Shown piece after piece: positions 47,949-62,704 of a stretch of DNA of 64,000 nucleotides. The stretch covers positions 1,212 to 65,211 of the forward strand of contig QKHS01000085.1 of NCBI GenBank assembly GCA_003249955.1, read 5' to 3'. Source of the DNA: Bacteroidales bacterium (lineage in GTDB: Bacteria; Bacteroidota; Bacteroidia; Bacteroidales; ML635J-15). The translations under genes and the position numbers were made by a program. Within the stretch, counting starts at the first letter, position 1. Every line of letters begins with the position of its first letter. The notes under the pieces were generated by a model that worked only from the letters and a program-made list of their open reading frames with translations, did not search any database and was not told the origin of the DNA.

Positions 47949-49568
47949 TTATTTAAATGTTAATCTTGCGAAGCGGTAGGTTTTTAAGCCTTTCATTCCG
48001 TATAAAATCATCTGGTCATCGGAAATTTGTGAGCAAAGTTTTGGTTTGGTCATTACCTGAGTTTCTTTTGCATCAAAAAGAGCTTCTCTTTTCTGATCTC
48101 CGTCAGCATCCATCTCTACCAGAACAACAGCAGTCGATTTTTTGAAACCACATGTGGCAGGAGCCCCTTTACCTGAATAATACAGATTTGTAGGATTGTC
48201 ATTAAAAATAAAATAAATCTTGTCTTTAACAACAGCTAAAGCGTAGGAAGAGGATGCTCCGAAATCATTGGTGGAAACCTGCCTTTTTGCAACTTTTTTT
48301 GCCCATTCAATTACACCTTCAGGAGATATGTTTATTACAATAATATCATTGTAATTGTAGCGATATGTTGTAGTAGTTGTGGTAGTTCCGTTTGCAGATG
48401 TAGATGTCGATGTTATTACTTCTACATAGTATTGTTCTCCTATCAGAATTGCTCCGCCGTCTTCACGCATGATTATATCTCTAAGGTTAAACAAAGGCAT
48501 TTCTATTTCTTTGCCTTTGGCTTCCTTTGATTTGACTTTGTTTTTTTGCTTGTCGGTCATGTTTTGAGTGATGAAATCAATGTCAAACTCTTTGTAATTA
48601 TCAGATATCACAGATCCTGTTTTAGAGTCTATTCTTACAAAAAGACATCCGTCAATACTGGAGGAGGAATAGCCTGCTTTTTCTTTTGACGTGTAAAATC
48701 CTGCACCGATGATTTCACTTTTATTATTCACGGAAATGGTCATGTCGGTGATAAACTTATCATTTAAATCTACCATGATTTCTTTAAGGTCATCTTCATC
48801 CGGGCTTATACGGATTATCTGGTACTTGTAATCACGTTTGTTTTTGGAAAAGAATTTTTGTTTTTCCTTAAACAATATCCCCATTACATAAACATTGCCA
48901 TCGTTGTCAATAACAAAATCCTCTATCCCGAATAATTCTTCGTTATAAGGCAATGTAATGTTTTTTTGCCATATTTCATTTATGTTATTGTCAAAGACTG
49001 TGAGTCCGAATTTTTCATTTTCTCCTTCTATATAAGGCAGATTCTGATAAACAAGAAATTTACTGCTGTCATTTGAAATGCTGTAGTTAAAGTTTCCGGA
49101 ATTTCTGTTTGAAGATCCTTCATAATCTATTTCTGATATTTTTTTCAGATCTTTATTAGGCTGAAGGGTCTCTTTATCAATACTCTGATAAAACAGATAT
49201 TTCTTTTTTTGTTTCTTATTCTGAAAATTTGAGAATAATAACAGTTTGTTATTGTAATGAATAATCATTTCAATATCTCTTTCCTGGTTGTTATCTTTCA
49301 GCTCAAGGTCAACAGATTTTGTCAGTTCCATCTTGTTGTTGTAATGTTCTATCGCATAGCTGGTGTTCATACCGTACAATCCGGTAATTTTTAATCTGGT
49401 ACAGTAAAAACCTGATTCATCATAGCCAATAACATCGTCCAGTATGGACTTTTTTGAAGTTTTTTGAGGATTCCCCCAGAAAATATCAACTTTCTTTGAT
49501 TTTGTCTGCCCGAATATCACCGGGGACAATAAAAATAATGAACATAATATTAAAATGATCTTTTTCAT
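47949..49568 (-). CDS. hypothetical secreted protein
   Basis: 539 aa with signal peptide (LCSLFLLSPVIFGQ). Asn/Lys-rich with a Thr run (TTTTTTT). No family recognised. Confidence 0.65.
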   Translation of the reverse strand: MKKIILILCSLFLLSPVIFGQTKSKKVDIFWGNPQKTSKKSILDDVIGYDESGFYCTRLKITGLYGMNTSYAIEHYNNKMELTKSVDLELKDNNQERDIEMIIHYNNKLLLFSNFQNKKQKKKYLFYQSIDKETLQPNKDLKKISEIDYEGSSNRNSGNFNYSISNDSSKFLVYQNLPYIEGENEKFGLTVFDNNINEIWQKNITLPYNEELFGIEDFVIDNDGNVYVMGILFKEKQKFFSKNKRDYKYQIIRISPDEDDLKEIMVDLNDKFITDMTISVNNKSEIIGAGFYTSKEKAGYSSSSIDGCLFVRIDSKTGSVISDNYKEFDIDFITQNMTDKQKNKVKSKEAKGKEIEMPLFNLRDIIMREDGGAILIGEQYYVEVITSTSTSANGTTTTTTTYRYNYNDIIVINISPEGVIEWAKKVAKRQVSTNDFGASSSYALAVVKDKIYFIFNDNPTNLYYSGKGAPATCGFKKSTAVVLVEMDADGDQKREALFDAKETQVMTKPKLCSQISDDQMILYGMKGLKTYRFARLTFK

Positions 49569-49584
49569 ACGTAAAAATTTATAG

Positions 49585-50196
49585 TTAAAAACAAATACCT
49601 AATTTTAAACCCATAGGAATGATTACATTAGAAACGTCAAAACCCCGTTCTTTTATCGGAATACCATCACCTGATTTGAATCTGATTCCGATACCTATAT
49701 CATAGTTAAAATAAAAACGATTTCCGAAAAGAAATTGAATCCCGTAATTCAGAACCACGTCCTTATATGTTATTATTCTATTATCCTGGCTATAATGACG
49801 GTATCTTATTAAAATGCCGGTATAGTCATATTCGGGAGCATTATATCTCCTGTAAAATTTGGGCTGAAGCCATAGACTATATCCGAAACCGGGGTCAGAA
49901 ATGTCTGTACGCTCCAGATAATTTACAGGGAATTCCCTGTAGTAAAACGGCATTAATAACCCGGCTCCTGCTTCAATTGCAAAAGCGTCAGCAGCAACTC
50001 TTTCGTACATAAATGCCAGATCCCCGTTTGCAGCAGACAGTACATTTAATTTTACAATGTTTTTAGACGCAGCTATTCCTCCGTCATCAAAATATTCTGA
50101 GTTGTCGTAAATATTATCGTCCTGAGCACATAGAATGACGCTGTAAAATAAAGAGAACGTCAATATTAACATGTAAAACAAAACATTACATTTCAT
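49585..50196 (-). CDS. hypothetical small outer-membrane beta-barrel protein
   Basis: 203 aa with signal peptide. Alternating aromatic pattern and a C-terminal Phe (GLKLGICF). Confidence 0.55.
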   Translation of the reverse strand: MKCNVLFYMLILTFSLFYSVILCAQDDNIYDNSEYFDDGGIAASKNIVKLNVLSAANGDLAFMYERVAADAFAIEAGAGLLMPFYYREFPVNYLERTDISDPGFGYSLWLQPKFYRRYNAPEYDYTGILIRYRHYSQDNRIITYKDVVLNYGIQFLFGNRFYFNYDIGIGIRFKSGDGIPIKERGFDVSNVIIPMGLKLGICF

Positions 50197-50506
50197 ACAT
50201 GAACTTATAAAGTAACAAAATCAATAATTATGCAGATTGAAAAAATATGCGAAACAATGCTTATAGTAACTATGTCAATCTGAATTTCTAATGCAGTCAA
50301 AAATATAAAATATTTTTAACCTGAATAATATTTTTTCGTTTTTTGTTTAACTTTTTATGAAAACATAAAAAATCATAAGTATGTGACCTGAATATGGGAT
50401 TGAACCTGTAGTCCAGAAAGTATGCTCTCCGGCAAATTTTTATTATCCTGAGCATTTAATAACAGAATCTTGTGGCTTATAATGTGTTAATAAAACACAA
50501 TAAGTA

Positions 50507-52237
<1,731 letters not shown>

Positions 52238-52279
52238 TTATAATATAATCAAATATTTGCTTATGTGGGAATCTGTTGT

Positions 52280-52287
52280 TATATTTG
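52280..52287 (+). promoter_or_regulatory. -7 box TAnnTTTG
   Basis: TATATTTG, 11 nt upstream of the ATG at 52298. Confidence 0.5.
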
Positions 52288-52297
52288 CCTGAAAAAC

Positions 52298-53107
52298 ATG
52301 CATTTAGGTTCAAATCTCAAGACTTTACGTAAACGTAAAAGACGTACCCAGGATGATGTTTCTGTGGCAATAAATGTTCCACGTCCTACATACAGCGGTT
52401 ACGAAAACGGCGTTTCAGTTCCGGGACTGGAAACACTTTTAAAACTTAGCGATTATTATGCTGTTAGTGTTGACGCACTGCTGAGGCTGGATTTTTCCTC
52501 TATGCCGGAAAGCCAGTTGCAGGTGGTAGAGTCGGGCAGCGAAGCTTATATTAAAGGCAGTAATATAAGAGTTCTCAACGGAACTGTGGACAGTGAGAAT
52601 AATGAAAATATTGAGCTTGTCAGCCAGAAAGCCAAGGCTGGTTATACCAGAGGTTTTGCTGATCCCGAATTTGTAAAGGTATTACCTGTTTTTCAGTTGC
52701 CTTTTTTGTCAAGAGATAAAAAGTACAGAACTTTTCAGATAAGCGGCGATTCAATGTTGCCGATTCCTGACGGGGCATATGTTACGGGAGAATTTATCAG
52801 GAACTGGTTTTCGCTCAAAGACGGTGATGCCTGTATTATTCTGACTCTTGACGACGGCATAGTTTTTAAATGTATAGAAAATAAACTTAAAAGCCTTGCA
52901 AAACTGGGGGTGTATTCACTTAACAAGGAATATGAGCCTTATACAATTGATGCTGCCGATATAAAAGAAATATGGAAGTTTGTAAACTATATAAGCCCCG
53001 AATTGCCAGAAGTTATGGATGATAATTCCGTACTTCGCCGTGAAGTTGCAAACTTAAGAGAGAAAGTTGATTTATTGGTTGACAGAATGGGTAAAACAGA
53101 ATCCTGA
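52298..53107 (+). CDS. XRE-family HTH plus S24 (LexA/CI-like) peptidase-domain repressor
   Basis: Start trimmed to the ATG at 52298 (MHLGSNLKTLRKRKRRTQDDV). HTH followed by a candidate Ala-Gly cleavage site (QKAKAGY), the Ser nucleophile motif ISGDSMLP, and a downstream Lys (IVFKCIENK). Confidence 0.8.
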   Translation: MHLGSNLKTLRKRKRRTQDDVSVAINVPRPTYSGYENGVSVPGLETLLKLSDYYAVSVDALLRLDFSSMPESQLQVVESGSEAYIKGSNIRVLNGTVDSENNENIELVSQKAKAGYTRGFADPEFVKVLPVFQLPFLSRDKKYRTFQISGDSMLPIPDGAYVTGEFIRNWFSLKDGDACIILTLDDGIVFKCIENKLKSLAKLGVYSLNKEYEPYTIDAADIKEIWKFVNYISPELPEVMDDNSVLRREVANLREKVDLLVDRMGKTES

Positions 53108-53199
53108 GCGTTAGTGTGGCCAATCATTTTTAAGAAAATCTTCTTTCTTTCTGAAAACTTCTGAAAAAATAAGGAAGATAGAAAAAAGCAGATAAAAAA

Positions 53200-53907
53200 T
53201 TATAAATCCGAGAATTCAATCCGTTCGTCAATTTGCTCCGTTACCGAACCGTTTTCGAACATGTAAATTTTGCCGGGATATTTCTTAAGAATATTATAAT
53301 TATGAGTTACCATAATTACTGATTTGCCGGATTCACATAACTTATAAAGGATGTTCATTATCTGGGCGACACTTTCAGGATCAAGATTCCCGGTTGGTTC
53401 ATCGGCAAAAATAACAGGAGGATTGTTGAGCAATGCCCGTGCAATACTTATTGACTGTTTTTCCCCGCCTGAAAGTTTCGAAGGCATGGAATTTTTTTTG
53501 TCAAGCATTCCTACGCTGTCCAGAACTTCGTTAATTCTGATGTCGATATCGTTTTTGTCACGCCAGTCTGTTGCTCTGAGAACAAAGCTGAGATTGTCAT
53601 AAACACTTCTGTCGGACATAAGCTCAAAATCCTGAAAAACCATCCCTATTTTACGTCTTAACATAGGAACAGTTTTGGGTTTTATCGATTCAAGCTCAAA
53701 TCCTGCAACACGGGCCGAGCCGTCATGAACCGGCAATTCTGCATATAAGGTTTTAAGCATGCTCGATTTGCCGCTTCCTACTTTCCCGATAAGATATACA
53801 AATTCTCCCACATCTGCTTTGAGATTTACATTGTCGAGAATTTTATTATCCTCCTGATAAACAGATAGTCCGGAGGTTTCTATCAAAAGTGTTGATTCTT
53901 CGCTCAT
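53200..53907 (-). CDS. ftsE: cell-division ABC ATPase FtsE-like
   Basis: 235 aa. Walker A GKVGSGKSS, signature LSGGEKQ, Walker B IFADEPTGNLD. Confidence 0.75.
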   Translation of the reverse strand: MSEESTLLIETSGLSVYQEDNKILDNVNLKADVGEFVYLIGKVGSGKSSMLKTLYAELPVHDGSARVAGFELESIKPKTVPMLRRKIGMVFQDFELMSDRSVYDNLSFVLRATDWRDKNDIDIRINEVLDSVGMLDKKNSMPSKLSGGEKQSISIARALLNNPPVIFADEPTGNLDPESVAQIMNILYKLCESGKSVIMVTHNYNILKKYPGKIYMFENGSVTEQIDERIEFSDL

Positions 53908-54070
53908 GTCAGTTTACGCAATAAAACACCAAAAGTGCAGGTTATTAAAATATGTTAAAGTACAAAATTAATGATATATTCCTGATGTGCCAATTTAATC
54001 GGGTTTAGAAATAAACAATGCTGTGTTAATTAAAAAACAAATTGACACTTATTATTAATAAGTAATGTAG

Positions 54071-54078
54071 TAAATTTG
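54071..54078 (+). promoter_or_regulatory. -7 box TAnnTTTG
   Basis: TAAATTTG, 57 nt upstream of the ATG at 54135. Confidence 0.35.
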
Positions 54079-54134
54079 AAATCAATATGTTTTAAAATAA
54101 AACGTTGATATACAGGGTTTTACAAAATTTAAAA

Positions 54135-57100
54135 ATGAAAACGCATATGAGAATAAAGTTTTTGATTGTATCTGTTGTTATGTTCTGCAGTATTTTGGCG
54201 CAGGGACAGAAAACACAGGCGTACGATGAGATGGAGACTTTGTGGGCTACAGCCAAAGGTTTGTACGATAAAGGAATGTATGTTCCGGCACAAAAATTAT
54301 TTACTCAGGTTTTGTTGCACGAAGGACAGGAGTATTCCGTCTATAAGGATGATGCAGCATATTATATTGCTATTTGTGCGATGAATCTTTTTAATAAAGA
54401 TGCAGAGTATCAGATAACAAGTTTTATAGAAGATCATCCAGAAAGCCGTAACAGTAATGATGCTGCTTTTCAGATGGCAAATTTTAACTTCAGAAACAAG
54501 AAGTACAAAGATGCTTTGGAGTGGTACGAAAAGACCGACAGATTAAGCTTGTCCGAAGAGGAACAGTCGGAATATTTTTTTAAGTCAGGATTCAGTCATT
54601 TTGCCCGTAAGGATTTTGACCGTGCGGCAAAAGCATTTTATGAATCAAAAGATGCAAAGACTATTTACGGGCCTATGTCTCTTTATTTTTATTCGCACAT
54701 TAAATACATAAGCCAGCAATACCAGACTGCACTTATAGGATTCCTGGAACTTGAGAAAAATCCTTCTTTTTCGTCAATAGCACCGTTTTACATTACACAG
54801 ATTTATTATTTACAGGAAAAATATGACGATGTAATAGCTTATGCTCCTAAAATGCTTGATACCCTTACCGGTTCAAGAGCTGCCGAGACCAATAAACTTT
54901 TAGGCTCTTCCTATTACAGAAAAGGAAAATTTGCTGAGTCAATTCCATATCTTACAAATTATGTAAAAAACACATCATCTGTGTCAGATTATGACTATTA
55001 TGAACTTGGATTTGCCTATTACAGCACAGGCAATTACGAAGATGCTGCAAATTCTTTCAGTAAGATTGCCAATATGAAAGACACTCTTAGCCAGAATGCT
55101 GCTTATCATATGGGTGACTGTTATTTAAGAATGAATAAAAAGGTAGAAGCCAGACGTTCATTTGAAACCGCTGCTCAGTATAATTTTAATCCTGCGATAA
55201 AAGAAGATGCTTTGTATAACTTTGCCCAGTTATGCTTTGAATTATCTCTTTCTCCTTTTAACGAGGCAATAAACGCATTCTCGGAGTACATTAAAGCATA
55301 TCCGCAATCGCCAAGGCTCGATCAGGCATATGACTATCTGATAGATGCATTTTTAAGTACTAAAAATTATCAGGGGGCAATTGCCACAATTGAAAAAATG
55401 CCAAAGCGCACCCCTAAAATTGATGCAGCTTACCAGCGGCTTACTTATTTCAGAGGTCTTGCTAAAGTATAATGAGGCAATTACAATGTTTGATAAATCT
55501 CTGGACTATAAAATTTATGACAAAACTCTTCAGTCTCTTGCATATTACTGGAAAGCAGAAGCCAATTACAGGCTCGGCAAAACAGATAATGCAATTGATA
55601 TGTTTAAGGAATTTGTAAATGCCACAGGTTCCGTAAGTCTTGACGAATATGGTAAAGCACATTATAACCTTGGATATGCATACTTTAACAAAAAAGAATA
55701 TATAGTGGCAAATTCATGGTTCAGAAAATTTGAAATGCAGCCGGGATACGAGAATACTGCAATTTTGAACGATGCTTTTAACCGTATCGGCGATTGTTAT
55801 TTTATTGCAAAAGAATACGGGCCTGCTGCCGATTATTACAAAAAGGCTACAAATATCGGTAAAATTATGCCTGACTATACACTTTATCAGATGGCACTCT
55901 CTTATGGCGGGTTAAAACAGCCGGAACAGAAAATATGGTCGCTGAGAAGACTTTTAACCCAGTATCCGGAATCTGAATATGCAGGCAATGCTAATTTTGA
56001 AATAGGACGCACTTATCATACAACAATAAATAATCCAGATTCGGCAAAATACTATTATAACCGTCTGATAACAAATTATCCGAACTCTTCGATGAAAAAA
56101 GCTGCTTTGTCAAGTGTTGCCGCTATTTATTTCAACGAAAGAAATTATAACAAGGCAATGGAACTTTACAAACAGGTAATTGCCGAATATCCCAATACCG
56201 AGGAATCTGCAAATGCAAATGAGATGATCCGTGCAATATACATTGAAATGGATAATCCTGACGGGTATATTGATTATGCAAACTCAGGTGTGGCAGGCGT
56301 TAATGTCAGTGTTGACGAACAGGATGAAATAATGTGGCTGTCTGCCAAAAAGCTGTATGTGGATAAAAAATACAATGAAGCTCTTTTGTCACTGACAAAT
56401 TATCTGACAAAATTCCCGAACGGACAATTCTACATAGAAGCGAATTATTTTAAAGCAGAATTGCATTATTACTTTGAGGAAAAAGACCCGGCTCTGGTTT
56501 CATACCGTGTTGTTGCTGATGCTCCACGTGGTGCATATACCGAAGAAAGTACTCTTAAGGCAGCAAGTATTCTGTTCGATAAAAAACAGTGGCAGGATGC
56601 TTACAGTTATTACGATAAACTTTATCCGGTTTCGGAAAATAAATCAACAAAGCTTATTGCTGCAATAGGTAAACTAAGGTGTGCATATTCCCTTAACAAT
56701 TATGATGATGTAATTTCTTCCGCCGTTCTGGTAATTGAAAATGAAAAGTCTAATGAAGAACAGATAAGGGAAGCTCACTATAAAATGGCAAAATCGTATT
56801 ATGCAAAAGAAAATAATATAAGGGCATTGGGGCTTTTCGAAAATCTTTCCAAAGAAGTTAAGAGTGCAGAAGGTGCCGAATCCAAATTCAGAGTTGCCGA
56901 AATTAATTATAAAATGAAAAAGGATACGGTGGCAGAAGATCTGATTTATGAATTTGCACAGTCCAATTCACCTCATGGTTACTGGCTTGCAAAGAGTTTT
57001 ATTCTGCTTTCGGATATTTATTACGAACGTGGTGATAATTTTTCGGCAAAACATACATTGCAGTCTTTGTTGAATAACTATATAACAGAAACAGACGGAA

Positions 57101-57303
57101 TTAAGGATGAAGCCAGCACAAAACTAACAAAGATAATAGACGAGGAGCAGGCTGATGCAGGAGCAGAAGATATGCTTAACCTTAAAATAAATCTTCTTGA
57201 TCAGGGAAGTGAAGACGATAATCTTTTTGAAGATGATAATCCTATTGATTTGCCGAAACCGGCTGAAATAGAAGAAGAAAAAACCAAACCAGTAAACGAG
57301 TAA
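54135..57303 (+). pseudogene. large secreted TPR-repeat protein gene interrupted by a +1 frameshift near 55461-55470
   Basis: Track ORFs 54105-55472 and 55381-57303 are both TPR-rich, overlap by 92 nt and differ by +1 frame. Reading ...YFRGLAK then YNEAITMFDKSL across GCTAAAGTATAAT restores one protein of about 1055 aa if one base of AAAG is removed. Confidence 0.7.
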
Positions 57304-57329
57304 GTAATTATAATAAGAATTGAAAAGAT

Positions 57330-59021
57330 ATGAAAGCAAAGTATTTAATCATAGCAATTTTCGCACTACTCTCCACAGCAGTTTTTGCGCAGGAAGAAAA
57401 TGACGGCGGATTGGGAGAACAGACTCTTATTATTTATAACGAATACACCCCGGTGTTGAAAGATGCAAACAGAATTCAGTTTTTACCGGTTATTGTAGAT
57501 ACCATAAAGATAAATCCTGATTTCGGGTATAATGTGCAACCGACATTGTACAAGACTCAGTTTTTCCCGGCACCTATTACTGCGGCAAGTCTTAAAGGAG
57601 AACCGCTAAAACCTTTGGATAACGGTTTGATAAAGATCGGGCTGGGGAATTATCTGTCTCCTTTGGTTGAGGTGTATTATAACAACCGCCGTGAGAAAAA
57701 CTTTTCGGTAGGAGCATTTGCTAAACACCATTCCGCTCACGGGACAATTAAAAATATCGCGGACCAGAAAATATACAGTGGCTTTAACGATAATATTGTT
57801 GATGTTTACGGCAAAAAATTTCTTTCATCCTCAACAGTGTCAGGAGATATAAGTTTTAAATCAGATCAGTCACACTTTTATGGTTATGATCCGTATCTCG
57901 TTGTCCCTTCAGATGTCGTTAAACCAAGAGATAAAGCCGAGATGGAAATGCAGCGTTTTAACAGGTTGCGTGCAGAAATCGGACTCGTTTCAAATAACAG
58001 CTCAAAAAACAGGATAGACTATGATGCGAAACTTGCGTATCAGTATTTTTTCACAAGTGCTGAAGACAAACAGCACAAAGTTGATTTAAAAGCCGATGTG
58101 AGCAAAATGGTTAAAGTAAACCGCTACGGTATGGATGCCGGATTTGTATTTAACAACAACAATATAAACACGGTGGAGTACAATGAGGTATTTTTGGATC
58201 TCAATCCGTATTTTAAACATTATACCAAAACCTGGCAGATTCAGATAGGAGCAAACACTACCGGCGAATTGGGAGGAGACAGTGTAAGATATCACTTCTA
58301 TCCGAATATTTATTTCCAGCATAATATCAGCAACACAATTATCCCTTATGCCGGATTTAAAGGATATATTCAGAATAATAACCTCGAATTTGCAAGTACT
58401 GTAAATCCTTTCATTAATCGCAATAACGATTATCAGGTAACTAATTATGCTCAGGTTATTGACCTCGGGTTAAAAGGTAACATAAGTAAGAATATTTATT
58501 TCCATATCAATGGTAATTATTCCAAAATCGACAATATGGGATTCTTTGTAAATGACACCAGTCTCGATCTTGACAATAAATTCATTCTTCAATACACAAA
58601 CGTTGAGAGATTCTCGGGCTACGGAGAGTTTGCATTACGCGATATGGGCAAATTCAGCTTTACTTTAAAAGGCCATTATTATTATTACAGTTACATTAAA
58701 AACCGTGAAAAAGCATGGCATATGCCTAATGTAGATGTTTGTCTCAAAACAAATTATCAGTTCGACGACAGACTTAATTTCGGCATTAACGTAGATTTTA
58801 TCGGAACCCGCTATGCAAAAGAATATGATGATGCAGGAGCGATAGTTGAAAAGAAACTCGATCCGGTTATAGATGTAAGTCTTTTCGGTGAGTACCGGTT
58901 TGCTTCAAACTTCCATGTATTTCTTAATTTAAACAATGTTACCGGACAAAAACAATATGTGTGGAACAATTATATGTCTCAGGGATTTAATGTTATGGGC
59001 GGAGTAAAATATTTGTTTTAA
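57330..59021 (+). CDS. outer-membrane beta-barrel protein (putative porin-like)
   Basis: 563 aa with signal peptide (ALLSTAVFAQ). Alternating beta-strand pattern and a C-terminal aromatic residue (GGVKYLF). Starts 26 nt after the TPR gene. Confidence 0.65.
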   Translation: MKAKYLIIAIFALLSTAVFAQEENDGGLGEQTLIIYNEYTPVLKDANRIQFLPVIVDTIKINPDFGYNVQPTLYKTQFFPAPITAASLKGEPLKPLDNGLIKIGLGNYLSPLVEVYYNNRREKNFSVGAFAKHHSAHGTIKNIADQKIYSGFNDNIVDVYGKKFLSSSTVSGDISFKSDQSHFYGYDPYLVVPSDVVKPRDKAEMEMQRFNRLRAEIGLVSNNSSKNRIDYDAKLAYQYFFTSAEDKQHKVDLKADVSKMVKVNRYGMDAGFVFNNNNINTVEYNEVFLDLNPYFKHYTKTWQIQIGANTTGELGGDSVRYHFYPNIYFQHNISNTIIPYAGFKGYIQNNNLEFASTVNPFINRNNDYQVTNYAQVIDLGLKGNISKNIYFHINGNYSKIDNMGFFVNDTSLDLDNKFILQYTNVERFSGYGEFALRDMGKFSFTLKGHYYYYSYIKNREKAWHMPNVDVCLKTNYQFDDRLNFGINVDFIGTRYAKEYDDAGAIVEKKLDPVIDVSLFGEYRFASNFHVFLNLNNVTGQKQYVWNNYMSQGFNVMGGVKYLF

Positions 59022-59046
59022 ACATCAGAAAAAAGTTAAACCCTAT

Positions 59047-59087
59047 GCAGGTTTGCCCGGTAATTAATCCGGCAAACCTGCTTTTTT
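59047..59087 (+). terminator. rho-independent terminator
   Basis: GCAGGTTTGCC(C)GG / TAATTAAT / CCGGCAAACCTGC followed by T6, 26 nt after the stop. Confidence 0.8.
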
Positions 59088-59271
59088 ATGGGAAATATTG
59101 CAGTAAAGACATCCTGTTTACAGCCCGGAGCCGAATGAGTTTTTAAGTTATCCACTGCTATTAACAATGCGTTGTAAGTGATTGGTAATCATGTTTATAC
59201 AGGCTGTCAGGCTGTTGATAACTATATCTTTTTTTATGACAAAAAGATGCTTTTTAACCGGAGAATTTTTC

Positions 59272-59279
59272 TAAATTTG
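59272..59279 (+). promoter_or_regulatory. -7 box TAnnTTTG
   Basis: TAAATTTG, 32 nt upstream of the gyrB ATG. Confidence 0.5.
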
Positions 59280-59298
59280 TAATCCTTAAAAAAATTAA

Positions 59299-61323
<2,025 letters not shown>

Positions 61324-61357
61324 CTGAAATACAGGCCTTGCCTTATAACTTATTCAG

Positions 61358-61393
61358 TCAGCTTTGTCCGAAAGGATAAAGCTGATTTTTTTT
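61358..61393 (+). terminator. rho-independent terminator of gyrB
   Basis: TCAGCTTTGTCC / GAAA / GGATAAAGCTGA (12 bp, one G-T pair) followed by T8. Confidence 0.8.
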
Positions 61394-61663
61394 ATGCGCA
61401 ATTGTTGCATTTCGCCAACTGTAAATTTTAAGGTATTTGTTTAGACGTTTTAATTTGACTCTTTATTTCTTGCGATAAATGCGATGTGTTAAGTCTTGCC
61501 AAAACATCTGTTATAAATAGAAATTCTAATATGTACTCTGTAAAAATTGTGATTAGTGGCTTAATATGAGTTTGTGCTGCCATACTGAAAAATAATCGTA
61601 ATCAAATGTCGGTTATAAGTATATTGCACCATCCTTAATGCGTCTGCAACTGCTACCGAACCG

Positions 61664-61691
61664 ATTACAGATTACAAATTACCGATTACAA
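61664..61691. repeat. four tandem heptamers ATTACNN
   Basis: ATTAC occurs at 61664, 61671, 61678 and 61685 (ATTACAG ATTACAA ATTACCG ATTACAA). Confidence 0.7.
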
Positions 61692-61787
61692 AGGCATTCA
61701 TACAGGCTAAATAATTACATTTTAAGTTTGATTAAGAACCGGAATACATCGGACGTTTTCGTAAACTTTGATAATATCACGGTTGTG

Positions 61788-62690
61788 TTACATAGCGTTA
61801 TATTCAAATCTCAGCAAGCTTGCTTTTTTATTCTGAGCTTCATTTGTAATAAGCATATCGCCGTTTTCCAGAAATGAAATTCCTTCGGCTTTATTAAATA
61901 ATTTATGGTCAAGTTGTTCAATACTTTCAATTTTCCCGTTTCTTCCGAAAACAAAAAGCATATGGTCGGTAGCCGACAAAAGGTATAATTTCTTAGTGAC
62001 AGGATGAATTCCTATAGCCGAAGGCCTGAATTTGACAGAAGCCCCGGAATGTTTTCCTTTTTTCTTTTTGTTTTCAGCTAATTTTATTCCCTTTTTTTCA
62101 GCATATTTAATTATCTCCTTAATGTTGAAGTTATATATCGCCTCTTCTGACAATGTTTTTGTCTCCAGGCTGAAAGCATATATTTGCCGGATATCTTTAA
62201 ACTCAGCACCTTTTCCCGATTTTCCCTTGCAGGCAATCAGCAACCTGTTATTTGCAGCATCATAGCACAGTCCTTCGTTATTATTTGCCGGAATACCGGT
62301 AGGCCAGGTGTTTAAAACAATATTCCCGGAATTATAATCCGAAATTCCGAATAATGTTCCGTCACTTCGAAGGATATACAGATCATTACCGGCTTTGGCA
62401 ATACCTTCATAATCGCCGTCAGGACCAAATACGAATTGCTTTTCGATATTACCTGTATTAAGGTTGCCGATAAATATAATTCCGTTTTCGTCCTGTATGC
62501 AGGCAAAATTTTCATTATCCAGCATGGTGAGGCCGGAAATCTCTCTTAATGTATCCGGCAAAATTATTCGCTGATCGGGTTTGCTAAGATTGTAACCTGA
62601 GTCAGATATCTTTTGCGTTACAGGACTGTCATTACAACTGAAAAGCGATAGCACGCAGAATAATGAAAGAACAGAAATTATACCGGACAT
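61788..62690 (-). CDS. SdiA-regulated/YjiK-like beta-propeller lipoprotein
   Basis: 300 aa with lipobox (LSLFSC). The blocks LREISGL and EGIS and the repeated propeller-like strands match my memory of the SdiA-regulated domain family. Confidence 0.6.
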   Translation of the reverse strand: MSGIISVLSLFCVLSLFSCNDSPVTQKISDSGYNLSKPDQRIILPDTLREISGLTMLDNENFACIQDENGIIFIGNLNTGNIEKQFVFGPDGDYEGIAKAGNDLYILRSDGTLFGISDYNSGNIVLNTWPTGIPANNNEGLCYDAANNRLLIACKGKSGKGAEFKDIRQIYAFSLETKTLSEEAIYNFNIKEIIKYAEKKGIKLAENKKKKGKHSGASVKFRPSAIGIHPVTKKLYLLSATDHMLFVFGRNGKIESIEQLDHKLFNKAEGISFLENGDMLITNEAQNKKASLLRFEYNAM

Positions 62691-62704
62691 AGCAGTTGTA
62701 CAAT

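Noticed and set aside
50385-50435. A tRNA-like T-loop string on the minus strand (GGTTCAATCCC), suggesting a tRNA gene or an integration-site remnant.
   Set aside because: Hand folding gives only 2 bp of T-stem. There is no acceptor or anticodon arm and no flanking integrase.
59148-59221. Two DnaA-box-like 9-mers upstream of gyrB (TTATCCACT at 59148 and TTATCAACA on the opposite strand at 59213), raising the possibility of oriC.
   Set aside because: Each matches the consensus at only 8 of 9 positions, and such matches are expected by chance in AT-rich DNA. There is no box cluster, no AT-rich unwinding element pattern, and no dnaA or dnaN nearby.
61638-61877. A 79-aa ORF (MRLQLLPNRLQITNYRLQ...).
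   Set aside because: Its N-terminus is simply the translation of the ATTACNN heptamer repeat, and its 3' part runs antisense into the 61788-62690 gene.
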